This document shows positions 41,563 to 50,407 of a DNA stretch of 55,859 nucleotides, piece by piece. The translations under genes were made by a program, and so were the position numbers. Position 1 is the first letter of the stretch. Each line of letters opens with the position of its first letter. The stretch is taken from the IMG/VR virus record IMGVR_UViG_3300044899_000002, positions 1 to 55,859 of that record; one strand, 5' to 3'. The notes below the pieces were generated by a model. That model was not told where the DNA came from, did not search any database, and saw nothing but the letters and a program-made list of their open reading frames with translations. Source of the stretch: a virus. Its lineage: Duplodnaviria > Caudoviricetes.

Positions 41563-41964
41563 TTACCCGACGTTTGCGGGTTTGTCTGCACCGACCAGGA
41601 CGATGGGGTGGTCCTGCGTGGCCTCCACCGCAGCGCGCCCGGCGACCAGGCGCAGCCACTCGTCGGCGGCGTTGCCGTCGGTGACCACGGCCAGCGTCAG
41701 CGGGCCGTCGCTCGGGTCCCGGCGGTCGGCCTCGTCCAGGACCATCTCCACCTGGTGGGCAAAATCGTCGGACAGGTCCTCCACCGCGCCGAGCAGGCCG
41801 GGCGGGCAGGCGTCACGGCCCGACTCGATGCGCTGGTAATCGCGCCGGTCCTTGTGCAGCCTCTCGGCCATGTCACGCTGTGACAGGCCGATGAACAGGC
41901 GGTGGGCGCGGATCATCTCGCCGAGGCCGTGGGTGTACGTCTCGGGCGTCTGGGGGTTGGGCAT
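41563..41964 (-). CDS. XRE-family HTH DNA-binding protein
   Basis: IRAHRLFIGLSQRDMAERLHKDRRDYQRIESG; GAGGAG RBS. Confidence 0.85.
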   Translation of the reverse strand: MPNPQTPETYTHGLGEMIRAHRLFIGLSQRDMAERLHKDRRDYQRIESGRDACPPGLLGAVEDLSDDFAHQVEMVLDEADRRDPSDGPLTLAVVTDGNAADEWLRLVAGRAAVEATQDHPIVLVGADKPANVG

Positions 41965-42001
41965 GGTGTTCTCCTCGGGTTGTGGTGGGTGGAACGGGGG
42001 T

Positions 42002-42028
42002 GGCCCCGGCGGGGTGTCCGCCGGGGCC
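42002..42028 (-). terminator. Intergenic GC stem-loop
   Basis: GGCCCCGGCGG-ggtgt-CCGCCGGGGCC. Confidence 0.5.
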
Positions 42029-42046
42029 GTGGAGCGGTGTGGCGGG

Positions 42047-42805
42047 TTACCACCCGGCCTTGGCGGCGCAGATGGGGCCGATGCCCCGAGCGCGGCTGTC
42101 GTCGTTGGTGAGGGTGCGCCCGCACATCCCGCACTCGCCGACCTCATGGCCGTAGCGGGCGGACGCCGCCTCGGCACCGACGGCGGCGATCTTGCGCAGG
42201 ATGGCGTCCCCGGCGGCGCGGCTCATCCGCTGTTCCTCGTCGGACACCATCAGCTTGACGAACACGTAACCGGCCCACTTGCCCTCGGTCGGGCGGTCCA
42301 CCTTGTAGAACGCCACGGCGTTGGTCGCGCCGTCCTCGGTGTCCACCGCGTAGCGCCCGGCGGGCACGACCTCGGCGGACGGGCGGTCGGTGCTGACGGG
42401 CAGCTCGGCGTCGGCCTTGGGGGCGTCGGCGTCCAGCGAGAACAGCCACTCGATGAGCTTGGACGCGCCCGCCTTGGTCAGCGGCGCGTAGCAGTAGGCC
42501 ATCTCGGGGGCTGCCTCGGCGGCGAGGTGGGCCAGCAGCGCGTTGACGCGCTCGCCGTAGGTGGACGACCGGCCCACGGTGCCGTTGATGACGCGGCTGA
42601 TGGCGGGCGGGGTGGCGTCGTCCATCGGGGCCAGCGCCCACGCGGTGACGGTGTTGATGACCGCCGCGCGGCTGATGTACTTGTCCGCGCCGACGACCGA
42701 GCGCCAGGTGCCGCGCTCCAGCGCCGGGACGATGGCCCGAGTGATCTGCGCATCGGTGGCGGCGTCGGCGGGGCGGGCGGCGTTGGTGTTGAAAGGTGAG
42801 GCCAT
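42047..42805 (-). CDS. Hypothetical protein with a C-terminal Zn ribbon (DUF6011-like)
   Basis: CGMCGRTLTNDDSRARGIGPICA; lies behind cassette copy 10. Confidence 0.8.
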   Translation of the reverse strand: MASPFNTNAARPADAATDAQITRAIVPALERGTWRSVVGADKYISRAAVINTVTAWALAPMDDATPPAISRVINGTVGRSSTYGERVNALLAHLAAEAAPEMAYCYAPLTKAGASKLIEWLFSLDADAPKADAELPVSTDRPSAEVVPAGRYAVDTEDGATNAVAFYKVDRPTEGKWAGYVFVKLMVSDEEQRMSRAAGDAILRKIAAVGAEAASARYGHEVGECGMCGRTLTNDDSRARGIGPICAAKAGW

Positions 42806-42825
42806 GATCGGGTCCTATCTGCGAG

Positions 42826-42888
42826 GGCGGGCCATTCCCGCCGAACAAGGACCACATTACCGTAAACGTCGGGATTGTCAAACCCGAC
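42826..42888 (-). promoter_or_regulatory. Repeated cassette copy 10, divergent from lysA
   Basis: TTGACA-atcccgacgtttacgg-TAATGT; palindrome at 42826-42842; GTCGGG/CCCGAC inverted repeat around the -35. Confidence 0.85.
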
Positions 42889-42916
42889 TTGCACGGCCTA
42901 CTCGTAGAGTCGTGGC

Positions 42917-44407
42917 ATGGCCCTCGGAATGACGCTGGAGAACGGCTGGCCCGAGTGCGACCTGTCCGACACCCAGCGCCTCACCATCCCCGGCACGGCG
43001 CTGTCGCTGCCCATCCGCGAGGGCCAACCGCACGCCATCCTCCAGGCGTTTTTCCGCGACGTTGACGCATTCATCGAACCGGCCAACAACAGCCGGGGGT
43101 ACAGCGACGAGGGTAGCTGGACCGAGAACAACAGCGTCTACACCAGTAACCACAAGGGTGCGACCGCCGTAGACTGGAACTGGGATGACCACCCGTTTCA
43201 CGTCAAGGACGGCGGCTGGGGCGGTTCAATTCTCATTGCTGGCAGCCAGGTCCCCGCCATGCGGGATTTGCTGGCCTGGTATGAGGGCATGGTTTTCTGG
43301 GGCAACGACTGGGCCAACCCCGTTGACTCGATGCACTTTCAGATGGGCTACAACACGTTCGGCGCGGCCAACGTCGCGCGGGTCCAGAACTTCATTGACC
43401 GCAAAATCCGCGCCGACGAGTACAGCACCTACCGGCGCGGGGGCGTCTCGCGCGGCGGCGTCGGGTCCCCGGCTGCCCCGGCACCGACGCCCGTGCCCAC
43501 GAACCCGATTCAGCCCACGCACGGCCTCACCGCCGAGGTGCTGTGGAACATCGCCGGGCGTCCGGCGCGGATGCCCCTGGCCCGCTACGCCGAGCTGCTG
43601 CCGGTGTTCGTGCAAATGCTCCACGACATGCACGCCGACACCATCGACCGCCGCGCGATGGTGATTGCACAGCTATTCCATGAGGCCGGTGCCCTCTACT
43701 ACAAGCGCGAGATTGCCAGCGGCGAGGCATACGAGGGGCGGCGCGACCTCGGCAACACCGAGCCGGGCGACGGCGCGCGGTTCCGTGGCCGGGGCTGGAT
43801 TCAGTTGACGGGCCGGGCGCACGCCGCCGGGTTCTCGCGCTGGATGTTCAGCCGCGACCGGGCACCGACGCCCACGTTTTTCGTGGACCATCCCGAGCAG
43901 ATGGAGACAGACGACAACGCCGCACAGGTGGCCGTCTACTACTGGACGGTGAGCCGCCCGCAGCTCAACGACCTCGCCGACGCCCGCAACCTGGAGGGCG
44001 CAACGCGCGCCATCAACGGCGGGCTGAACGGCCTGGCCGACCGCCGCATGTTCTACGACCGCGCCCTGGCGGTCAACGCCGACCTCCTGGACGGCACCGC
44101 AACCAACCCCGACCCGTGGGAGGAACTGATGGCCACCAAGGTCAAGTCATTGAGCATCTACGCCAACCCCGGCGAGGGCGAGATCGAGGTGGCCACGATG
44201 GTCGCCGCACTGGACGCCCACGGCCCCCATGAGCCATACGTGGAGGGGCTGGCCCGCCAGGGTGACATCGACAGCATCCGGCGCATTGCTCGGGTGGCTG
44301 CCGGTCAGGGCATCCGCACCGACGCGCAGGCGGTCAACCAGGCCACCCGCGTGCTCAACGAAATCTATGCCAGCAACCCCGCGTTCATCGTCGCGGCCAA
44401 GCAGTAA
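42917..44407 (+). CDS. lysA: Lysin A (M15-like peptidase plus GH19 glycosidase)
   Basis: SNHKGATAVD...DSMHFQ peptidase motifs; AQLFHE...YEGRRDLGN...DGARFRGRGWIQLTGR...TRAINGG GH19 motifs. Confidence 0.92.
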   Translation: MALGMTLENGWPECDLSDTQRLTIPGTALSLPIREGQPHAILQAFFRDVDAFIEPANNSRGYSDEGSWTENNSVYTSNHKGATAVDWNWDDHPFHVKDGGWGGSILIAGSQVPAMRDLLAWYEGMVFWGNDWANPVDSMHFQMGYNTFGAANVARVQNFIDRKIRADEYSTYRRGGVSRGGVGSPAAPAPTPVPTNPIQPTHGLTAEVLWNIAGRPARMPLARYAELLPVFVQMLHDMHADTIDRRAMVIAQLFHEAGALYYKREIASGEAYEGRRDLGNTEPGDGARFRGRGWIQLTGRAHAAGFSRWMFSRDRAPTPTFFVDHPEQMETDDNAAQVAVYYWTVSRPQLNDLADARNLEGATRAINGGLNGLADRRMFYDRALAVNADLLDGTATNPDPWEELMATKVKSLSIYANPGEGEIEVATMVAALDAHGPHEPYVEGLARQGDIDSIRRIARVAAGQGIRTDAQAVNQATRVLNEIYASNPAFIVAAKQ

Positions 44408-44416
44408 GGGACAGCC

Positions 44417-44920
44417 ATGACACAGCCGTATTACACCGCCGTACCCGCACAGGGCCAGGTCGTCACTGCCGGGCCGGTGGACCAGAACGCCCCGGCAGCG
44501 GCCAAGCTCTACACCGTCGTGTCCGGCATCCTCGGCCTCGTCGGCATCGCCTCCACGTTCGGCCTCATCACGTCCGAGCAGGGGGCCAACCTCGGCGCGG
44601 TGGGCACCGCTGCCACCACGCTCGTCGGCGCGGTCGTGACTGCCGTGGCCTCGTTCCGCACGAACAAGCAATTGCGCAACGGCACGTTCGAGGCTGCCCC
44701 GAACGCCCCGGTGCTGGATGCGTTCCAGTCCATCAACGCCATCGCGGCGCACGCCAACGACACGGTGCAACAGGCGCAGGCGCAGGTGGTCGGCGCAGTC
44801 GGTGCCATCCAGGGCGCGGTGGCCATGCTGCCGGGCGGCGCGCTGATCAACAGCGCCGTCCAGGCGGGTCCCCTCGGCGACCTCATCCAGGACCTCGCCG
44901 ACCGGGGCGGCAAGCTGTGA
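44417..44920 (+). CDS. Holin
   Basis: Two TM segments; lies between lysA and lysB. Confidence 0.75.
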   Translation: MTQPYYTAVPAQGQVVTAGPVDQNAPAAAKLYTVVSGILGLVGIASTFGLITSEQGANLGAVGTAATTLVGAVVTAVASFRTNKQLRNGTFEAAPNAPVLDAFQSINAIAAHANDTVQQAQAQVVGAVGAIQGAVAMLPGGALINSAVQAGPLGDLIQDLADRGGKL

Positions 44921-45915
44921 GCCTGGCCCTTGGCTCGTCCGGCATCATGCCCGCAGCGTGGGCGGCGACGATGCGCCTGCGGTTCGGCGGGTACGCCCTC
45001 GGGCGCGACGGCGCGCCACTCAAGCCGGACGGCTATTTCGGCTATGACGAGGAGGCCGTCCAGGTCGAATACCAGCGGCGCACCCAGCAGGTGCTCACTG
45101 GCAAGGTGACCGATGAGGACCTACACCGCCTCGGCCTGCTGCCCACGCTCATCACCACGCACGGCAGCGGCCAGCCGGACCCGTTCGGCATCGGCTACCC
45201 CGCCGACATGGCCCGCCGCCTGCTGCACCTCTACCGCTGGCAGCCGACCGGCAACTACCCCGCCACCTCGGTTCCGATGAACAAGTCCGCCGACAAGGGC
45301 GAGGCAGAGATCAATCGGTTCCTGGATGACCCGGCCATCGTGCCGGGGCCGACCGCCTGGATTGACTACAGCCAGGGGTCCATCTGCGGCGGGCGTGCTC
45401 GCAACCGCATCCGCGCGGGCAAGGCGCGCAAGGAAATCAGCATCATCGGCGGCGTCACGTTCGGCAACCCGATGGCCATACCCGGCATCTATGCGGGCAA
45501 CGTGGACCCCGGCGGCGGCGGCATCGACCCGGTGCATGAGACGGCCAGCGAGCCGGGGTTGCTGCACATGCGCAACAAGGGCGACCTTTACACGACGTGC
45601 CCCGACGGTAACTCGGGCGAGATCGAGCGCGCGGCGTTCAACGCGGTGTTCTCGCGGTTCACCGGCAAGGACTCGGTGCTGGAACAACTGGGCGAGTTCA
45701 TCGCCAACCCGTTCGGCGAGGGGTTCGCCGCTGCTCGGGCGGCGCTGACGGGCGGCATGTTCCTCGTCAAGGGCACCGGCCCGCACGTCCAGTACCACTC
45801 CACCATCTGCCCCGGCACCAACCAGACGTTCTACGAGTACGGCATCAGCCACCTGGACCGGCTCGCCACGGCGCGCCTGGAGGGCATTGTGGCCCGCGTG
45901 GCGCGGGCGGCGTAA
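44917..45915 (+). CDS. lysB: Lysin B (cutinase-like esterase)
   Basis: N-terminal PG-binding-like DGYFG; YSQG nucleophile motif, TFGNP, GDLY, GPHVQY. Confidence 0.88.
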   Translation: MSLALGSSGIMPAAWAATMRLRFGGYALGRDGAPLKPDGYFGYDEEAVQVEYQRRTQQVLTGKVTDEDLHRLGLLPTLITTHGSGQPDPFGIGYPADMARRLLHLYRWQPTGNYPATSVPMNKSADKGEAEINRFLDDPAIVPGPTAWIDYSQGSICGGRARNRIRAGKARKEISIIGGVTFGNPMAIPGIYAGNVDPGGGGIDPVHETASEPGLLHMRNKGDLYTTCPDGNSGEIERAAFNAVFSRFTGKDSVLEQLGEFIANPFGEGFAAARAALTGGMFLVKGTGPHVQYHSTICPGTNQTFYEYGISHLDRLATARLEGIVARVARAA

Positions 45916-45951
45916 CCTCACCCTCGGTACCGCGTGGTTGTGGACCTAGTG

Positions 45952-45991
45952 CAATGCCCCGGCCCCGTCGTGAGACGGCACCGGGGCATTG
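45952..45991. terminator. Stem-loop between convergent lysis and replication transcripts
   Basis: CAATGCCCCGG-..-CCGTC-gtga-GACGG-..-CCGGGGCATTG. Confidence 0.75.
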
Positions 45992-46010
45992 TCTTGGGGT
46001 CAGCGACTAG

Positions 46011-46595
46011 CTAGGCGGACTGACGCCACGCCTCGAAAATCGCCTTGTCCTCGTCGGTCGCCGCGACCAGGATGACGGGCGCGTCCTGGCCCTCTTTGCG
46101 CGCACCCTTTTGGATGCGCCCGAGGACCCACGCAATCTGCCGGTCCAACGCACGCTTGCCCTCGCGGACCAGCGGCTTGTTGAAAAACAGGTTGTCATCC
46201 AGGCGCTCGCCCACCTCGAACGGGTCGCACTCCTCGTACTCGCCGTACTTGTTGGTGAACCCGAACGTCTCGGGCAGCGTCAGCGGGATGAGGTCCACGC
46301 GGGTGAACGGCGACTTACCGTCCTCCTCGTTGCCGCTGTTGACGGTCTTCATACGCCCCACCTCGGTGAAGTGCATGAGGACGAGCTGGCCCATGAAATG
46401 GCCCGGCTTGTAGCCGCCGGTCCCGCCGGGGTCGGCCACCCCACCCGCGAACGGGTCGGCCTTGGCCACCGGCTTGCTGTCCTCGCCCACGCTCGCCACG
46501 GCGGCGGTGCGGGGGTTGTCGTCGGCAGCCGGGGCGGCGTCGGCGGGGGCGGACTTGGTGGCGGTGCCACCCTTTTTGTTGAACGGACTGGACAC
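46011..46595 (-). CDS. Hypothetical protein of the recombination module (possibly ssDNA-binding)
   Basis: AC-rich tract and AGGAG before GTG 46595; function inferred from position only. Confidence 0.7.
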   Translation of the reverse strand: MSSPFNKKGGTATKSAPADAAPAADDNPRTAAVASVGEDSKPVAKADPFAGGVADPGGTGGYKPGHFMGQLVLMHFTEVGRMKTVNSGNEEDGKSPFTRVDLIPLTLPETFGFTNKYGEYEECDPFEVGERLDDNLFFNKPLVREGKRALDRQIAWVLGRIQKGARKEGQDAPVILVAATDEDKAIFEAWRQSA

Positions 46596-46641
46596 GATGT
46601 GACTCCTGGTGTTGTTGGTGGTGTTGTTACTGGTGGTGGGA

Positions 46642-48027
46642 CTACTGCTGTTCCAGCAGCGCCGCAAGCCTCGCGGCGTGCTCACCGAGGTCGTCGTCCC
46701 AAACGTCCTCGTAAGACTCGTAGACAGCCTGGCCCTCGTCCAGGCTGGTGATGGCGGACAGCTCGTTGCGCGCGGTGGCGTAGCGAATGGCGGCGTCCGA
46801 GGGGATCGGCACCGCGTGGCGGGGCACGGCCTTGGGGGCGTCCTTGCGGCGGTTCTTGACCATCGCCGACTCGGCCAGCGCCTCGCCGCCGAACCACTTG
46901 TCAATCGTGATGGCGGCGGTGCCCTCGGGGTTGTTCGAGGGGACGTGCATGAGGATGGCGAAATCGTCGCGGATGGCGGGCATGGCCTCCCACCCCTTGC
47001 CGTCCAGGGTCAGCACGCGCTCGGCCCACCCGTAGACCCCGCCCACCTGGACGGCGAACGACAGCCACGAATACTGGAGGTCCTTGGATGTTTTCACGTC
47101 ACCCAGCACCAGCTCGCCCGTGGTGACGATGCGGAAAATGCGGTCGATCTTGCCCGCGACCGACAGCCCATACTCGCCCTCGCACTGGGTGTTGAGCACG
47201 GTGCGCTCCACGTAGGCGGGCAGCGGGACGAGGCCACGGTGGGCCATCGTGGCGCGGTAGGCATCGACGTGCGGGCGCACCAGGTCGGGCACGTCGCGCA
47301 GCAGCACGATGCCCATGTCCAGCGCCTCCAGCCAGGCGTGGACGCACTCGCCCAGCTCGCGGGCGTGCGCGCCGCCCATCATGTTGTCGATCATGTCCAG
47401 CACCGGGTCCGGCGCGGTGGCCTTGTTGGACTCCATCGCCATCAGCAGCGCGCCGAGGGCACTGCCCGCCGTCGTCTCGAACCGGGGATTGAGCTGGGTA
47501 TCCGGCGGCAGCTTGGTCAGCTCCAGCACGCGCGCCGCCGTCTCGCGCCGCCCCCACTTGGCCAGCCCCTCGCGGTCGTCCAGGACCTTGGCGATGGTGG
47601 TGGCGCGGGGGAACAGCGTGTCCCGGCCCGTCTCGGGGTGCGGCAGCTTGTACCAACCCCACTGCCCGAACCGGCTGGCCGGGCGCGGCGTGGGCGGCGG
47701 CAGCGGGTAGCCCTGGTACTCGGTCGCGCGGGGTTCCGGCGTCATGTCGGCGCTGATGTCCATGCTGTTCTCCTCGGTGGTTGTGGAAACGGGCTGTGTG
47801 GCCCTGTGTGCCTCGGTGACGCTATCCGGCCCCACTGACACGTCGGGGTCGGCGCTGGCCTCCTGTGGCGGCAGCGGGGCGGGCGCACCCGGTGCGAAAT
47901 AGTCGGGGTGCGCCAGCTCGGGGTTGTAGGTCCAGCCGTCGCCCAGCTTGCCGTCGTGGTCCACCGCGCGGCGGTACACCCGCCCGTCGGGCTGGACGCG
48001 GGCCGGGTGCATCTCGGACACCCTCAC
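46642..48027 (-). CDS. Cas4-like / PD-(D/E)XK exonuclease
   Basis: GECVHAWLE, VERTV, AGKIDRI, GDVKTS, FAVQ; start uncertain (48027 or 48021, with a strong alternative at ATG 47763). Confidence 0.8.
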   Translation of the reverse strand: MRVSEMHPARVQPDGRVYRRAVDHDGKLGDGWTYNPELAHPDYFAPGAPAPLPPQEASADPDVSVGPDSVTEAHRATQPVSTTTEENSMDISADMTPEPRATEYQGYPLPPPTPRPASRFGQWGWYKLPHPETGRDTLFPRATTIAKVLDDREGLAKWGRRETAARVLELTKLPPDTQLNPRFETTAGSALGALLMAMESNKATAPDPVLDMIDNMMGGAHARELGECVHAWLEALDMGIVLLRDVPDLVRPHVDAYRATMAHRGLVPLPAYVERTVLNTQCEGEYGLSVAGKIDRIFRIVTTGELVLGDVKTSKDLQYSWLSFAVQVGGVYGWAERVLTLDGKGWEAMPAIRDDFAILMHVPSNNPEGTAAITIDKWFGGEALAESAMVKNRRKDAPKAVPRHAVPIPSDAAIRYATARNELSAITSLDEGQAVYESYEDVWDDDLGEHAARLAALLEQQ

Positions 48028-48407
48028 GCTGCCCCCTCGGCGACGGGGGTGAACTGGCCCGTGCGGTCGTGGCCGGTGCGCAGGAACACCCACTCATCGG
48101 CCTCGCTGGCCCGCAGGTCGAACAGCCCGGCCAGGTCCTCCTCGTTGTGCATCAGCAGCCGGGCGTAGTAGGCGGTGAAATCGTTGGACAGCTTGTACTC
48201 GCCGTCCGCCGTCACGGTGCGGAGGCCGAGTTCCCAGCGGGCACCCTCGAACAGTGCTTTGACGCCCAGCCGAGTCTTGCCGGTGCCGAGCCACTGGCGG
48301 GACAGGTCGGCCATGACCTCGTAGACGTGGGGGTTGGCGGCGTGGAACGCCTCGAACCGCACGGCGATGGGCAGGTGCGCCACGGCGGCGTCGTCGGTGT
48401 CGGTCAT
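48024..48407 (-). CDS. Hypothetical protein
   Basis: FEAFHAANPHVY...ARWE...YKLSNDFTAYYARL; 127 aa. Confidence 0.75.
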   Translation of the reverse strand: MTDTDDAAVAHLPIAVRFEAFHAANPHVYEVMADLSRQWLGTGKTRLGVKALFEGARWELGLRTVTADGEYKLSNDFTAYYARLLMHNEEDLAGLFDLRASEADEWVFLRTGHDRTGQFTPVAEGAA

Positions 48408-48411
48408 GGCG

Positions 48412-50118
48412 TCAGTTCTCGATGAGACGGTCAAGGCACCGGGCCACGAACTTGATGGAGATTTCGTCGGACAGCCGCGCCTTGGTCATGTCGGCATACC
48501 CGACGATGCGCAGGCTGCGGGCGAGGCCGAGCTGTGCGTCCGACGGCGGGGCGCTGCGCCGCCACTTGGCACCACGGTCGGGGAGGTCCTGGCCGGACTC
48601 CACGATCCACACCTCGGCAGCCTCCAGCGCCTCGGGCAGGTCCACGTATTCCGGCTCGTCAGTCTCGAACCGGCCCGAGCCGGTGACGCTGATGACCTTG
48701 CCGGACTTGGTGTTGAGCTGGCCGACGGCCCACGTCGTGCTCGCCGGGGCACCCTCGCGGCCAGGCCGGACGCCGCCCTTGGGCCACAGGAACACGACCT
48801 CGTTGGCACCCATGAGCGAGATAAACGGCACGCCCTTGGGCGTCTCCAGCCACAGCGTGGTGTCGTTGGCCAGCAGGTCAATCGTCACCATGTCCACGGG
48901 ACCCTGGCGGACCAGCTTGACGTCGCCCTCGCCGCCACCCATCGAGTCGTCCAGCGGCATCTCCAGCTCGGGCAGCTCGTTGCCGTCGGTGTCCACGTCC
49001 TTGGTGGCGGCACCGGGCAGCAGTTGCGTCAGGCTGACCAGCTTCATGGTGCGCGCGGACCCGGCGAGGTCCAGCACCAGGGCGTCGGACTTGCCGGGGT
49101 AGAGGCGCAGTGCCCGGCCCACCATCTGGCTGAACAGGTTGCGGCTGCGGGTCGGGCGGGCCAGCACCACGGTGTCGCACATCGGGAAGTCCGCGCCCTC
49201 GGTGAGCACCTGGACGGTGACGAGTGCCTGGTATTCGCCCGAGCGGTACCCGGCATAGATCGGCTGGCGTGCCTCGTAGCTCATCGCACCCGTGACGGCC
49301 ACCGCCGGGTAGTCCGCCTCGGTCAGCGCGTCGGCGATGAGGTGCGCGGCGTCCACCGAGGCGGCGAAAATGATGGGCGTGCGGTCGGCGGCGTGGAGCT
49401 TGATGGCGTCCACGACGTAATCGGTGGCTGCCTCCATGACCTCGGCGAGGTCGCCCTGGTGGAAATCGCCCGCGACGTTGCGCACGTCATCGAGCGCGTC
49501 CAGCCCCTCCACGCGCACGGTCTTGCCGTGCGGCTGGACGAGGAACCCCTGTTTGATGGCCCACGCGATGTCTTTTTCGTAGGCGATGTTCTCGATGACA
49601 TCGCCGAGGCCGATGACGCCCTGCTCGGTGCGGTACATCGTGGCGGTGAGGCCACACATGCGGGCGTGGTCGTAGCCGCCCAGCTCGCGGAACGTGGTGT
49701 GGAACCCCTCGGCCCCGGCGTGGTGGACCTCATCCCACAGGATGACATCGCGGTGGCCAAGCGCCTCGCGGCGGCGACTGGTGGCGAGGGTCTGGAGGGT
49801 GGCGAACACGACGGCGGCGTGGCTGTCGTCGGTGTCGGCGCGCACGATGCCGGTGTCCGCTGCCATGTTCGGCGCGACGGCGATGAAATCGCGGCGCATC
49901 TGGTCCAGCAGCTCGCCCCGGTGGGCGAGGGCCACGACGCGCTCGCCGCGCACCCGAGCGCGGCGGATGAGTTCCCCGATAACCGTGGACTTGCCCGAGC
50001 CGGTCGGCAGCACGACGCCCGTGCGCTGCGTGCCGTTCGCCCAGCGACGTTCGACGGCATTGGCCGCGTCGGTCTGGTACTGGCGCAGCTCGCGCGGTGC
50101 GGTGGGGGTGAGAGTCAT
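48412..50118 (-). CDS. Superfamily 2 DNA helicase
   Basis: LRQYQ, LPTGSGKS, DEVHH, GLTAT, LTEGAD, QMVGRALR. Confidence 0.92.
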   Translation of the reverse strand: MTLTPTAPRELRQYQTDAANAVERRWANGTQRTGVVLPTGSGKSTVIGELIRRARVRGERVVALAHRGELLDQMRRDFIAVAPNMAADTGIVRADTDDSHAAVVFATLQTLATSRRREALGHRDVILWDEVHHAGAEGFHTTFRELGGYDHARMCGLTATMYRTEQGVIGLGDVIENIAYEKDIAWAIKQGFLVQPHGKTVRVEGLDALDDVRNVAGDFHQGDLAEVMEAATDYVVDAIKLHAADRTPIIFAASVDAAHLIADALTEADYPAVAVTGAMSYEARQPIYAGYRSGEYQALVTVQVLTEGADFPMCDTVVLARPTRSRNLFSQMVGRALRLYPGKSDALVLDLAGSARTMKLVSLTQLLPGAATKDVDTDGNELPELEMPLDDSMGGGEGDVKLVRQGPVDMVTIDLLANDTTLWLETPKGVPFISLMGANEVVFLWPKGGVRPGREGAPASTTWAVGQLNTKSGKVISVTGSGRFETDEPEYVDLPEALEAAEVWIVESGQDLPDRGAKWRRSAPPSDAQLGLARSLRIVGYADMTKARLSDEISIKFVARCLDRLIEN

Positions 50119-50216
50119 GGTGTCGGTACCTGCCAGGGTGTCGAGTGCGGGAGAGGGTGAGGTGGTGGTGTTGGTGGCCCGGTCGCTCGGGGTCGCCGTG
50201 CGACCGGACCACCATG

Positions 50217-50245
50217 ACGTTACCCGTAAGGGTCGGGATTGTCTA
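50217..50245 (-). promoter_or_regulatory. Degenerate cassette-like promoter upstream of the helicase
   Basis: TAGACA-atcccgacccttacggg-TAACGT. Confidence 0.6.
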
Positions 50246-50407
50246 GCCAACCCGGCGGGTGATGCACACCTGCATGTCGTTGGCCCGAGCGTCCCGGTAC
50301 GCCCGCCAGACGGCGAGCAGGGAATTGCCCTCGTAGAGCATCTGGTCGTGGTACCCGTCGGGGGTCATGTCACGGCCCTCCACGCGCCACTTGGATGCCT
50401 TGCTCAT
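50243..50407 (-). CDS. Small hypothetical protein (MSKASKWRVEG...)
   Basis: ATGA overlap with the upstream gene. Confidence 0.65.
   Translation of the reverse strand: MSKASKWRVEGRDMTPDGYHDQMLYEGNSLLAVWRAYRDARANDMQVCITRRVG

Noticed and set aside
41343-41964. Lysogeny/immunity cassette
   Set aside because: No integrase, ParAB or att site is visible in the window; HTH genes alone do not support a temperate lifestyle.
46642-48027. Cas4-like nuclease as part of a CRISPR system
   Set aside because: It is a stand-alone PD-(D/E)XK exonuclease in the replication/recombination module, which is common in phages.
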